Below are positions 38,972 through 48,865 of a stretch of 64,000 nt of DNA, in pieces. A model generated the notes under the pieces. That model was not told the DNA's origin. It ran no database searches and saw only the letters and a program-made list of their open reading frames with translations. The translations under genes were made by a program, and so were the position numbers. How positions within the stretch are numbered: the stretch's first letter is position 1; each line of letters begins with the position of its first letter. The stretch spans positions 6,054 to 70,053 of the forward strand of contig JBLINH010000001.1 of assembly GCA_047639165.1 (NCBI GenBank). Reading direction: 5' to 3'. The DNA comes from Minisyncoccia bacterium. GTDB lineage: Bacteria; Patescibacteriota; Minisyncoccia; Phycocordibacterales; JAACPR01.

Positions 38972-39973
38972 TTAATACAAGTGGTTTGCTTTGTTTTTCT
39001 TATGTCCTTCAAAAGTTTCAGCGTAGTACATCTCACCATCATGACCTGTAAGGAAATATAGATCATTAGTTTCAAAAGGCGCTGCTGCTGCTTTTAGAGA
39101 ATCAAAACTAGGATTTGAGATGGCAGTAGGTGGTAGTCCTTTGTTTGTGTAGGTATTGTATGGAGAATCTTCCCTTAGGTCAGCATTTGTTAAATCAAAT
39201 GTTCCCTTTCCTCTTTCGTATACAAAAGTTGCATCAACTTGGAGTGCCATATCAATACTCAATCTATGCCACAGTATATTTGATACTTCTTGCTTTGAAT
39301 CAGCACTAGCTTCCTTTTCAATTATAGACGCCATGACTACAATGTCTTGATTAGAATATTTTGAGCCACCTACTTCAAAAAGTGCTTTCTTAAATTTTTC
39401 ATTAAAAGTTTCTTCTAGTGTTTTTAGTACTTCATGTGCTTTTACGTTTTCCGTGAAGGCATAAGTATCTGGGAAAAGTATTCCCTCTTTTCCTTCTGCT
39501 AGTTGATAGAAAGCTTCTTTATCAAATCTTAAAAACTCTTGTTCAAACAATTCACCAATTTGTTTCATTGTAGCTCCTTCAGGAACACGGATATTTTTTG
39601 AGTTTATCCCGTAGTCTCCATTCGTTACTCTTTTTGCTACATCAAATACTGTTGGATTTTTATGGAATAGATATTCTCCTGAAACTGCTCCAGTGTCTCC
39701 TTTTTTAAGAATCACTAGTGTATTAAAGATAGTTCTAGATCTGATGACCCCATCATCTTTAAGTTGTTGAGCTATCTCTTTTAGAGTAGTTCCCTTCTCT
39801 ATTTCAAAAGAAAAAGGAGTTTCGTCTCTAGTTGGTCCTGAAGTTACAAATACCCAATACAGTGAAAAAATTAGTAATAGAAGTACAGTACCAAAAATAA
39901 CCTCTTCCTTATTTTTGTAAGGCGTAAAGTTAGTGAGATATTTCCTAACATCTTTTTTGTTTATTGTAAGCAT
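38972..39973 (-). CDS. mltG: Endolytic transglycosylase MltG
   Basis: PEG, EG.LFPDTY, ASIIEKE, LQVDAT, SPYNTY...GLPPT.I.NP. Confidence 0.93.
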   Translation of the reverse strand: MLTINKKDVRKYLTNFTPYKNKEEVIFGTVLLLLIFSLYWVFVTSGPTRDETPFSFEIEKGTTLKEIAQQLKDDGVIRSRTIFNTLVILKKGDTGAVSGEYLFHKNPTVFDVAKRVTNGDYGINSKNIRVPEGATMKQIGELFEQEFLRFDKEAFYQLAEGKEGILFPDTYAFTENVKAHEVLKTLEETFNEKFKKALFEVGGSKYSNQDIVVMASIIEKEASADSKQEVSNILWHRLSIDMALQVDATFVYERGKGTFDLTNADLREDSPYNTYTNKGLPPTAISNPSFDSLKAAAAPFETNDLYFLTGHDGEMYYAETFEGHKKNKANHLY

Positions 39974-39974
39974 A

Positions 39975-41213
39975 CTAAGTTGGAAGATTTGATGGTGCGA
40001 TACTTTTCTTAGAAGGAACACGCCCAAGAGTAGGAGTTCCTGCAACACTTCCTGGGAAATGGAAAATTGTGGCTAACTCTTCTGTGTTTAGAATAATCTT
40101 CTTTCTTTTATTACCTCTATAGTCGTCCTTCCAGAAATAGTCCCTCATCTTGTACGCCTTTAATATTTCTTTCCTCATTCTTTTAACTTTTCCTCCGAAA
40201 GGATCTTGCCATGGGTAGTTGAAGTCTGTAACCATTATAGGTTTAAAACTATTTAGATCAGGAGATCCATATTGTCTGAAGCTTCCAACTAGTCCTCCGA
40301 TGTTAACACCTTGGAACTCATCTTTCTCAGCTATGTATATTAATCTAACACCGGTATCAAAAGCAGTCTTAGATATACTTCTTTCTAGAGCTGATATCTT
40401 AAACTTCATTCCTTCTGTTTTGTTAGAAATTTTTGTTTTATTATCTCCTTCCCCGATCTCTTGAAGACTTCCTTCCTGAAGTTCTTTGACTAAAGTAGCT
40501 GCAGTATCTTTCCATAGGTCTGTTAGACCAAACCACTTATTAGGATCTCTATCTTCTTTTACATGAGCTCGTACAATGATTTGAATCCAGGCATTCTCAC
40601 CTTTTTTTAAGGACCCAAGAAATTCAATAACTGGAGTTATTGGATCAACCTTGAATTCTTCTTTTGGATCCTTATCTAACCCAAAGTCTACATACGTCTT
40701 AATTGGATATGGATCTGGTTCTGATAATCCCATCTCAATTCCAAACATTGAGTATTTACCTGATTCATCTTCAAACTTCGATGCATAGTCATCAACTTCA
40801 ACAACCTCAACATCCGGAAACTGTCCGTATAACTGTGATTCAATGTATCCTCTTAATGCTTTCCTAGTTTGTATATAGAAATGAACTTTTCCATCTGTTG
40901 ATGCAATCTCTAGAGAGAACCAAGCTCTAACTTTTCCGTGCCAGTACTTATCAATCCAAGTAGTTTCTCCACTTTTTTGTTGAAGAGCCAAAAGGAATAA
41001 TTCCATAGCAACTGGAGACTTCATCATTTCAATAGGAGGTATAACTTCAATAAGTGTCATCTCTTGAGAATTAATATAATCCCTTCTTCTATAGTCTATC
41101 CAAATTGAAATTGCGAAGTACGTGAAAATAATAGGAAGTACTAAAGGCAACAATAGTAATAGAAAGTCTAAGGACTCTAGGAGAATATCTAATAGTTCTT
41201 CTTGCATTTCCAT
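39975..41213 (-). CDS. CPR-type membrane protein resembling the domain found with VirB4/TraG-like ATPases
   Basis: N-terminal TM, FSLEI.S..G.V.FY, ESQ.Y..FP.VE, YPIKTY, LN.EELATIFHFP, PSNLP. Confidence 0.6.
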   Translation of the reverse strand: MEMQEELLDILLESLDFLLLLLPLVLPIIFTYFAISIWIDYRRRDYINSQEMTLIEVIPPIEMMKSPVAMELFLLALQQKSGETTWIDKYWHGKVRAWFSLEIASTDGKVHFYIQTRKALRGYIESQLYGQFPDVEVVEVDDYASKFEDESGKYSMFGIEMGLSEPDPYPIKTYVDFGLDKDPKEEFKVDPITPVIEFLGSLKKGENAWIQIIVRAHVKEDRDPNKWFGLTDLWKDTAATLVKELQEGSLQEIGEGDNKTKISNKTEGMKFKISALERSISKTAFDTGVRLIYIAEKDEFQGVNIGGLVGSFRQYGSPDLNSFKPIMVTDFNYPWQDPFGGKVKRMRKEILKAYKMRDYFWKDDYRGNKRKKIILNTEELATIFHFPGSVAGTPTLGRVPSKKSIAPSNLPT

Positions 41214-41237
41214 GTTGAGATAATTTTAACACAAAAT

Positions 41238-41269
41238 AAAAGACCACTGTACCTATACAGTGGTCTTTT
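41238..41269. terminator. Intrinsic terminator
   Basis: AAAAGACCACTGTA/TACAGTGGTCTTTT. Confidence 0.85.
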
Positions 41270-41281
41270 ATCTTTATAACT

Positions 41282-42310
41282 TTAAGCTATAGAATATTTT
41301 CCTTTTGAATCTTTCTTAAAGAATTTTGGATTTTGGAGGTTTACAATAATTGTATTCTCCTTTACGTATCTTTCTTTTAGAACTTTTCCAATAATCTGAT
41401 CTTTTGTTAGAGATCCGTTTTTGGTGATGACTTCTCCAATAACATCTCTGACTACTCCACTTAAGTATCCCCAATCCTTTAGAGCGTATAGCCCTCGTCC
41501 CACAAGAACAAATCTAGGATCCTTGATTAGTTCGTTATGACATGTTGCAACGTGCGCCTTTTTATCAAATAGTTCAGTGATAGTTTTAGCAACTTCTCTA
41601 AAGTGAATTGGTGATCCATGTCGTCTGATTACAAGGTAAGCGTAATCTCGCATTCCTTTAACATTAATATTTGGTGAATCAGCTCGTCCCCATTCTCCTA
41701 GCGGGTTTTGACTGATGTTCTTTGAAATTCCTAACCATCGACTTAAAATTACTGTATCTTTGTATTTGTCTGAAACTGTCTTTAGGTGTGTTAGGAATGA
41801 CTCCAATAGTTCTGATTCGTTGATGATCTCATCGATGCTTAGACCTTTGTATAGTTTTTCAATTGATTGGTGTACTTGTTCAGCAATCTTTTGATCAATT
41901 GCCCATCGTAGATGGAATCGATCGTTCTCTTTGAATTTCACAAAAGGATCTCCAAGAACTAGAAGAAAATGAACATGATTACGGATACTCTCATTCTTTG
42001 AAAGTTCCTCTAGAAGTTCTTGTTCTGAAACAATAGATCCTAGTGAATCGATAATATCTTTAAGTTCGTTAAAAGTTTCTTCTGATTTTTTGAAATCATC
42101 AGATTTTCTAATGTTTGTAAGAGAGTATTCTTCAATCTGCCTAACTCGCTCTCGAGTTATACCATATGATTGACCGATGGCTTCAAGAGTCATCTTTTTG
42201 ATGTCTTTTCCAAGACCATAACGTTTAATCAATACGTCCTGAGAACGTTTTGAAAGTGTCTCTAACAATTTTTTTGTAACTTGTTTTGGTTTAAAACTTA
42301 AGGTTGCCAT
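41282..42310 (-). CDS. Sigma70 region-4 HTH plus C-terminal winged-helix (RNAP delta/HARE-HTH-like) protein
   Basis: RYGL...TLEAIG..YGITRERVRQIE; P.HFREVA, HNELIKDPRFVLVGRGLYAL.DWGY; no sigma region 2. Confidence 0.8.
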   Translation of the reverse strand: MATLSFKPKQVTKKLLETLSKRSQDVLIKRYGLGKDIKKMTLEAIGQSYGITRERVRQIEEYSLTNIRKSDDFKKSEETFNELKDIIDSLGSIVSEQELLEELSKNESIRNHVHFLLVLGDPFVKFKENDRFHLRWAIDQKIAEQVHQSIEKLYKGLSIDEIINESELLESFLTHLKTVSDKYKDTVILSRWLGISKNISQNPLGEWGRADSPNINVKGMRDYAYLVIRRHGSPIHFREVAKTITELFDKKAHVATCHNELIKDPRFVLVGRGLYALKDWGYLSGVVRDVIGEVITKNGSLTKDQIIGKVLKERYVKENTIIVNLQNPKFFKKDSKGKYSIA

Positions 42311-42391
42311 ATGTTGCTACATTTATTTTTCTGATAAGAAAACGAATGCGTCTAAGCAGTGCTCCGAAGATCTTGAATCACAGTTCTACCT

Positions 42392-42420
42392 AAATTATCA
42401 TTAATATCGTAATAAGTCAA
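42392..42420 (-). promoter_or_regulatory. Sigma70 promoter of the sigma-4-like gene
   Basis: TTGACT, 17 nt, TAATTT with extended TG. Confidence 0.6.
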
Positions 42421-42425
42421 GAGTT

Positions 42426-44783
42426 TTACACAACTAGGTTTATTAGCTTATTTTCTACAAAAATGGTCTTCTTTATTTCTTTGCCTTCAACCCACTTTTG
42501 GATTGAAGTATTGTCATGGATCATTTCTAAAATCTCTGTTTCAGGTGTATTTCTTTCGACAGAAATACTGTCTCTAACTTTACCGTTCACCTGAACAACT
42601 ATAGAAACTATACTATCCTCAATTTTCGATTCGTCAAATGACGGGAAGCTTTCTTTATGGATTGAATTCTTTTCTCCTAAGTTACTCCAGATTTCTTCTG
42701 TAATGTGAGGTGCAAATGGTGCAAGAAGTTTAAGAATTGTTCCATAAGAATCTTTAGAAACATGAGATTCTTTTTCAAAAGCATTTACAGCAATCATTAA
42801 TTGTGAGATTGCTGTGTTGAAATTAACACTCTCTATATCCTCCGTTACTTTCTTAATAGTTCTGTTCAAAAGAATTATATTTTCATCACTATCATTCTCT
42901 TCTTTCACAGACTCTTGAAGTTTCCAAACTTTTTCCAAGAATCTTCTTGGTCCAACAACACCATCTGTACTCCAGATTACGGGCTGGTCAAAAGGTCCCA
43001 TGAACATTTCGTACACCCTGAAAGAATCCGCACCTATTTGTGATATTACATCATCAGGGTTCACAACATTCCCCCATCTCTTACTCATCTTCCTCCCATC
43101 CTCTGCACCTATGAGTCCAACGTGTTGTAGCTTTTTAAAGGGCTCTGAATAGTTAACAACTTTGATGTCATACAAAAACTTATGCCAGAATCTTGCATAT
43201 ATAAGGTGTCTTGTAGCGTGCTCTGCTCCACCAACGTATAAATCAACTGGTGACCAGAACTTTTCCTTATCTATATCAACCAAAGAATCTGTATTATTAG
43301 GATCTATATATCTAAGATAATACCAAGATGATCCTGCCCATTGAGGCATTGTATTTGTCTCTCTCTTGCCTGCTCCATCACATTTTGGACACTTTGTATT
43401 AACCCAATCAGTAATACCAGCTAATGGTGATTCTCCTGTTCCTGTTGGTTCGTATGATTCTACTTCTGGCAGTATAACAGGAAGATCCTCCTCTTTAACT
43501 GGGACAGCTCCGCAAGCTCCGCAATGAACTATTGGAATTGGTTCTCCCCAATATCTTTGACGTGAGAATACCCAATCACGAAGCTTATAATCTGTTTTTA
43601 ATTCTCCACCAGCTTTCTCTGTTATTTTCTTCTTAGCTTCTTCTGAGGTTAAACCATCAAATTCAAAAGAGTTAATTATTTTTTTATTTTCATCTACAAC
43701 CTCTTTAATAGGTAGATTATATTTAATAGCAAATTCTTTATCTCTTTCATCATGTCCTGGAACCGCCATGATTGCTCCTGTTCCATAATGTGCAAGAACA
43801 TAATCTGCAATGTATACAGGAATACTTTCTTTATTTATAGGATTGATTGCAGAAATACCTTCAAGTAGTACTCCTGTTTTTTCTTTACCTTCAGAAGTTC
43901 TTTCTATTTCATTCTTTTTAGAAGTCTCTTCAATATATCCTTTAACTTCTTTTATATTTTCAATCTTACCTTCTAGCGAATGAATTAGAGGATGCTCAGG
44001 TGCAATAACCATATATGTAGCACCAAACAAAGTATCAGCACGTGTGGTGAATACTTCTATTTTTTCTGTAGCATCTTTTATATCAAAAGTAATATTTGAT
44101 CCTTCACTTCTACCAATCCAATTCCTTTGAGATTCTTTTATTGATTTTGGCCAATCCAATTCTTCTATATCATCAAGTAGTCTGTCTGCATATTCTCTAA
44201 TTTTTAGAACCCACTGTCTGATTGGTTTTTGTTCAACTATGGATCCACAACGTTCACATTTTCCATCTACCAAATCTTCATTAGCTAACCCTGTTTTACA
44301 AGAAGGACACCAATTTATTGGTTCATTTGATTCATATGCCAGACCTTTTTCATGTAGCTTAAGGAAGATCCATTGTGTCCATTTGTAGTACTCGGGATCG
44401 GTTGTATTGATTTCTTTGTCCCAGTCGTATGTGAATCCAATAATATCTAACTGTTCCTTGAATCTTTTAATGTTTTTTTCAACGGCAACTCTAGGGTGCA
44501 CTTTATTTTTGATTGCGTAGTTTTCTGCGGGTAAACCAAAAGCATCCCATCCCATTGGATGTAGAACGTTGAAGCCATTCATCGTTTTAAATCTAGAAAT
44601 TACGTCAGTTGCAATGTATCCTTTTGGATGTCCAACATGGAGACCTTCTCCTGATGGATAAGGAAACATGTCCAGAACGTAATATTTGGGCTTCTTAGGG
44701 TCATCAGAAGTTTTGAATGATCCACTTTCTTTCCAGGTATTCTGCCACTTACCTTCTATATTTTTATGATTGTACCTATCCAT
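42426..44783 (-). CDS. leuS: Leucine--tRNA ligase
   Basis: MFPYPSG.GLHVGH, FTTR.DT, GTGAIMAVPGHD, SRQRYWG.PIP, KMSKR. Confidence 0.98.
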   Translation of the reverse strand: MDRYNHKNIEGKWQNTWKESGSFKTSDDPKKPKYYVLDMFPYPSGEGLHVGHPKGYIATDVISRFKTMNGFNVLHPMGWDAFGLPAENYAIKNKVHPRVAVEKNIKRFKEQLDIIGFTYDWDKEINTTDPEYYKWTQWIFLKLHEKGLAYESNEPINWCPSCKTGLANEDLVDGKCERCGSIVEQKPIRQWVLKIREYADRLLDDIEELDWPKSIKESQRNWIGRSEGSNITFDIKDATEKIEVFTTRADTLFGATYMVIAPEHPLIHSLEGKIENIKEVKGYIEETSKKNEIERTSEGKEKTGVLLEGISAINPINKESIPVYIADYVLAHYGTGAIMAVPGHDERDKEFAIKYNLPIKEVVDENKKIINSFEFDGLTSEEAKKKITEKAGGELKTDYKLRDWVFSRQRYWGEPIPIVHCGACGAVPVKEEDLPVILPEVESYEPTGTGESPLAGITDWVNTKCPKCDGAGKRETNTMPQWAGSSWYYLRYIDPNNTDSLVDIDKEKFWSPVDLYVGGAEHATRHLIYARFWHKFLYDIKVVNYSEPFKKLQHVGLIGAEDGRKMSKRWGNVVNPDDVISQIGADSFRVYEMFMGPFDQPVIWSTDGVVGPRRFLEKVWKLQESVKEENDSDENIILLNRTIKKVTEDIESVNFNTAISQLMIAVNAFEKESHVSKDSYGTILKLLAPFAPHITEEIWSNLGEKNSIHKESFPSFDESKIEDSIVSIVVQVNGKVRDSISVERNTPETEILEMIHDNTSIQKWVEGKEIKKTIFVENKLINLVV

Positions 44784-44784
44784 A

Positions 44785-45753
44785 TTAGAATATTGGTCGA
44801 GGCGTCTTTATAGGATTAATTTCACTTTCTAACTTTTCTGGATCAATAGTTCTTTCGAAACAAGTTTCTCCTTTAATATGGTTCCAAATCCAAGCGTCAG
44901 TTCCATAGTAGTCATCATAGTAGTACTCTCTTCTTTTTTCTAAGTAGTCTTGCTTTGAATTGAAATCTGCACAAAGCGTAAAAGTTTCAGTTCCATTAAC
45001 TGAATATTTATACGATTCATCGCTTTCAGGATCAACTGGTGGTTGAAAACCTCTTAATACATCTTCTAACTCATCAATTGATTCGGGTAATCTTTTCTTT
45101 GAAGTATAGAAACCGATAACTTCAGATTGAACAACTCGTAAATCATTTATTCTCTGTTCGTCAATTCTTGCGTCTCTTTGTTCACTTGGAGTTCCAATTG
45201 CGACAAATGCCCCCACAATAGTTCCTATGATTACGACAATCACACCGATCACTAATGACTTGTAGTATGAAGATGTAACATAGTCTCTCTTAAGGTTAGT
45301 AACTAGGTACCAGAAGATTACTAGAGGTATGATGACAAGTACTAAAGATTTAGTAATAAATCTTGTTGTAAGTTCTCCACTTAAGAAGAAGTTAAGAATT
45401 ACAATCATATCTGTAATAACTGTTATTCCAGCAATGAATAGTGTGAAGTATATTACCCACTTTCTTACCCAAACATCTCTTTGAATAGGATTAGCTTTAA
45501 TGTGTTTGTTTACAACGTTGGTAAGGATTAAAAATACAGGTGTGATAATAATCAAGGATGAAAGTGTGAATGTACTCACTGATGTTTCTCCTCTGTACAG
45601 AGCTTCATCTGGGAAGATTGTATTGATAACTTCAAAAATTAATATTATGTAACTAATAGTAAGCCAATAGAGTGAGGCCATCACCCCTACGTTTAAAAAG
45701 AAATCCTTAGGTGTAGCTTCGGGTTTTATCACTACGTTTGTTTCGTTTTCCAT
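44785..45753 (-). CDS. Membrane protein (DUF5671-like) with C-terminal pilin-like segment
   Basis: PKDFFL, RKW.IY.TLFIAG, D..R..DL..., LP....EL, DP.....Y.Y, LCA.F, CF. Confidence 0.7.
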   Translation of the reverse strand: MENETNVVIKPEATPKDFFLNVGVMASLYWLTISYIILIFEVINTIFPDEALYRGETSVSTFTLSSLIIITPVFLILTNVVNKHIKANPIQRDVWVRKWVIYFTLFIAGITVITDMIVILNFFLSGELTTRFITKSLVLVIIPLVIFWYLVTNLKRDYVTSSYYKSLVIGVIVVIIGTIVGAFVAIGTPSEQRDARIDEQRINDLRVVQSEVIGFYTSKKRLPESIDELEDVLRGFQPPVDPESDESYKYSVNGTETFTLCADFNSKQDYLEKRREYYYDDYYGTDAWIWNHIKGETCFERTIDPEKLESEINPIKTPRPIF

Positions 45754-45912
45754 AGATTACATGTTACATCAGTTGTGGAAGAATTCAAATACAATAAGGG
45801 CCCGGAGTTTACCGGACCCTCTTTAAATATTTGAAAATGCTTTTAAAACATTGCAAGTGTAATTGACTATTTTTGGAACTGTTTCCATCGTTTATTGTTC
45901 TTTCTGCGACCA

Positions 45913-47010
45913 CTATATTCTAAATTCAATGACATCTCCATCCTTCACTATATATTCCTTTCCTTCAATTCTAATCCATCCTTTTTCTCTCGCCTCAGCT
46001 CTTGATCCAGCTTCTAGTAGTTTCTCCCATTCGATTATCTCAGCACGAATGAACTTGTCTTTGAAATCCGTGTGGATAGCAGTTCCTGCAATTGGAGCTG
46101 GTGAATCTCTTTTTGTAGTCCATGCTCTAGTCTCGTCTTCTCCTGTGGTAAGGAACGTAATTAGATCAAGGAGTATATACCCTTTTTGTATTAAAACATC
46201 CAAACTTCCATCTGGAATACCCATTTCAGTTTTAAACTCTTTTTTCTCTTCTTTATCCATATCTTTCAGATCTTGTTCTGTACCAGCATCGAGTTCTGTG
46301 AAAATAGCAGAGTTTTCTTTAAAGTACATTAAAAGTTCTTGATATCTAGAATCATTCACATCATCTATGTTCTTTGCTCCAGTCTTCTTATTTAGGGCAT
46401 ACATCATTGGTTTTGATGTAAGAAGGTGAAGACTTTTTACAATCTTTTCTTCATCCTCATCCAAATCAAGTGTTGAAGCCAGTTTTCCATCGGATAGGAC
46501 TTTCTCTAACTTAGTAAGAACATCATTCTCTTTAACAGCTTCTTTGTCTCCTCTTTTAAGTTCTTTAGCAATACTGACCAACCTGTTAGCGATAGTTTGG
46601 GCATCAGCCATAATGAGCTCAAGATTGATAACCATAATGTCACTTAATGGATTAATTTCTCCATGGACGTGAGTTACATCATCATCTTCAAAAATTCTAA
46701 CCACTTGTAGTATAGCGTCTGTTTCTCTAATGTGAGAAAGAAACTTGTTTCCAAGACCTTCACCATCAGCAGCACCTTTAACAAGTCCCGCAATATCAGT
46801 GAACTCAACAACTGCTGGGATAGTTTTTTGTGACTTACTAAACTCTGATAGTTTGTCTAATCGAGTATCAGGTACAGGAACAATTCCAACTGATGGATCA
46901 ATTGTACAGAATGGGTAGTTCTCTGAAGGAACTGATTTTTTTGTTAGTGCATTGAACAGAGTGGATTTACCAACGTTTGGTAGACCTACTATTCCGATTG
47001 ATAGTGACAT
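45913..47010 (-). CDS. ychF: Redox-regulated ATPase YchF
   Basis: GIVGLPNVGKSTLFNALT, NYPFCTIDP, DIAGLV.GA..GEGLGN.FL, EGKEY.V.DGD. Confidence 0.98.
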   Translation of the reverse strand: MSLSIGIVGLPNVGKSTLFNALTKKSVPSENYPFCTIDPSVGIVPVPDTRLDKLSEFSKSQKTIPAVVEFTDIAGLVKGAADGEGLGNKFLSHIRETDAILQVVRIFEDDDVTHVHGEINPLSDIMVINLELIMADAQTIANRLVSIAKELKRGDKEAVKENDVLTKLEKVLSDGKLASTLDLDEDEEKIVKSLHLLTSKPMMYALNKKTGAKNIDDVNDSRYQELLMYFKENSAIFTELDAGTEQDLKDMDKEEKKEFKTEMGIPDGSLDVLIQKGYILLDLITFLTTGEDETRAWTTKRDSPAPIAGTAIHTDFKDKFIRAEIIEWEKLLEAGSRAEAREKGWIRIEGKEYIVKDGDVIEFRI

Positions 47011-47092
47011 ATGGATAGATGATATCGTATGTAGTTAGATCTAGCAATGATTAAATTGTATTTTAGAGCACATATTTTTTGTATATTATTAC

Positions 47093-47122
47093 AAAAACAC
47101 ACAGCGTATGCTGTGTGTTTTC
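47093..47122 (-). terminator. Intrinsic terminator after the PG-binding remnant
   Basis: AAAACACACAGC/GCTGTGTGTTTT. Confidence 0.8.
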
Positions 47123-47142
47123 AAATAGATAGGTTTTAGTTT

Positions 47143-47320
47143 TTAATTTCCGAACAAATCTTGGAGTTTTGCACGGGTCGCTTGAAACAACAGAATGTTT
47201 CAATTGGAATTTCTGAGTAGCTTGTTCTGTAAGTGAACCGAAATAATTAGTCTCATTACCAACTGAACCAACTCCAGAAGATGCTATCTGTGTATCCGGA
47301 TCACTATTTAGATGTTCTTG
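47143..47320 (-). pseudogene. Remnant of a peptidoglycan-binding (PG_binding_1-type) domain gene
   Basis: QEHLNSDPDTQIASSGVGSVGNETNYFGSLTEQATQKFQLKH, then frame change to TRAKLQDLFGN*; no start codon. Confidence 0.75.
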
Positions 47321-47346
47321 ACATATACATATAATATATGTATAGT
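47318..47346 (+). promoter_or_regulatory. Sigma70 promoter of the GH25 gene
   Basis: TTGACA, 17 nt, TATAGT. Confidence 0.75.
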
Positions 47347-47356
47347 ACTGAACGAA

Positions 47357-48067
47357 ATGAAAAAAATAGTGTTTTATCTGTCGGTTGTCATCTTGGTCGT
47401 CTTTTGTTCCAAAAGCGGACTAGTTAGACAAGTAATCAATCATCTGAAATACAATATCATCGGAGATCCTAATGAAATCGTTTTCGGGATCGATGTCTCT
47501 CATTACCAGGGTTACATAGACTGGGACAAGGTAAGTGAAAAACATCCTATTGAATTCGTTATAATCAGGTCAACAATGGGAGACGATAGGAAGGATCGAT
47601 GTTACAAAAAAAACATGGAAAAAGCTAGAGACCGTGGATTCATCGTTGGATCGTATCATTATTACGATCCGAACGAAAATTCCACGAAACAAGCGGAAAA
47701 CTTCTGTAATGTGGCAGAGGTTCGTACTGGAGACTTCAGGCCAGTTCTGGACATTGAAAACATAAGCAGTATTCAATCAGTGACGAAGCTGAGGAAAGGT
47801 CTCATGAATTGGATAAACATCGTTGAAAATAAATACGGTGTAAAACCCATCATCTACACAGGGCTCTCTTTTTACGAGACTCATCTTGAAGGGTACTTCG
47901 ACGATTGTCCTCTGTGGATCGCTGCATACTCAGAGCATCGACGTGATGAGGCCAAAGCTCATACAGACTTTATCCAGTTCACTGAAAGTATCAATGTGTC
48001 TGGTATAAAGGGTCCAGTAGATGGTAATGATATGACCAGAGGGATCATATCATCGCTACTCTACTAG
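47357..48067 (+). CDS. GH25 lysozyme (muramidase) with signal/anchor
   Basis: GIDVSHYQG.IDW, G.YHYY, VLDIE (DxE), P.IYTG, LWIAAY, GPVD.N. Confidence 0.95.
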   Translation: MKKIVFYLSVVILVVFCSKSGLVRQVINHLKYNIIGDPNEIVFGIDVSHYQGYIDWDKVSEKHPIEFVIIRSTMGDDRKDRCYKKNMEKARDRGFIVGSYHYYDPNENSTKQAENFCNVAEVRTGDFRPVLDIENISSIQSVTKLRKGLMNWINIVENKYGVKPIIYTGLSFYETHLEGYFDDCPLWIAAYSEHRRDEAKAHTDFIQFTESINVSGIKGPVDGNDMTRGIISSLLY

Positions 48068-48076
48068 AGAAGATAT

Positions 48077-48120
48077 AAAAGCCTCGTTTGCGATAACACC
48101 GCAAACGAGGCTCTTTTTTT
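48077..48120. terminator. Bidirectional terminator
   Basis: AGCCTCGTTTGCG/CGCAAACGAGGCT with A and T tracts. Confidence 0.85.
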
Positions 48121-48339
48121 TTACTTCATCAACTCCTGTAATTTCTTCTTGTGCTTCATCATGACAGCCAAAGAAGCTGCTTGTTGGTCTTTTCCTTTCT
48201 TAGTCTCAACCTCTATCTCTTTAGCAAGCTCGGTAAAGAATTTTGGATCTTTCTCAATCATCTTCATAAACTTATCTTGTTGATCAGGTGGTAAACCTTT
48301 CAACTGTCGCTTCATCATTTTCTTCATTAAAAAATTCAT
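48121..48339 (-). CDS. Small helical hypothetical protein
   Basis: 72-aa ORF with -10 element 8 nt upstream. Confidence 0.8.
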   Translation of the reverse strand: MNFLMKKMMKRQLKGLPPDQQDKFMKMIEKDPKFFTELAKEIEVETKKGKDQQAASLAVMMKHKKKLQELMK

Positions 48340-48366
48340 AGATTAAAATATTAACATAATTAACTA

Positions 48367-48609
48367 CTAAGGCCTAAACTCGTTCAATAATCTTCTTACA
48401 TCCTCGACTCTGTCCCCAACAAAAGGAACAAATCCCAATATATCCAAAAACCAACTAGCACCAATAATAATCAGAGTTGCTCCAGCAACAGCTCCAGATC
48501 CTTGAAGCATTCCATACCACACAATCTTCCACCATGAGTTAAATCTTTCGCTTAGTCTATTAACTGATTTTTTTAAATCGTCTATGGATCCTTTTAGGTC
48601 ATCATTCAT
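48367..48609 (-). CDS. Small membrane protein (DUF5665-like)
   Basis: G.L.G.GAV.GAT TM motif, P..G. Confidence 0.7.
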   Translation of the reverse strand: MNDDLKGSIDDLKKSVNRLSERFNSWWKIVWYGMLQGSGAVAGATLIIIGASWFLDILGFVPFVGDRVEDVRRLLNEFRP

Positions 48610-48851
48610 ATTTTTGTTTCTGTATTTATTTCTTTTATTACTTTATTTTTCTTTTTCGCTCTAAACACTGTTGGCATCATAAAAAGAGCTCCTGAGATAA
48701 AACCTGTAACCAAGGTAATGAAAAGAATTACAGCGAGAGGTGCTTCAACTGAAAGATTAAAGAAAGAAACAGAAGTTTGTTCAATGTTCTGAAGAACAAA
48801 GATCATTGCAACTGCTGAAATTATTGTAGCTATTGTTATTAGAAGTCTCAT
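48606..48851 (-). CDS. LapA-family small membrane protein
   Basis: F.LQN...V.V.FF......PL.......G. Confidence 0.8.
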   Translation of the reverse strand: MRLLITIATIISAVAMIFVLQNIEQTSVSFFNLSVEAPLAVILFITLVTGFISGALFMMPTVFRAKKKNKVIKEINTETKI

Positions 48852-48865
48852 AAAAATATACTAAC

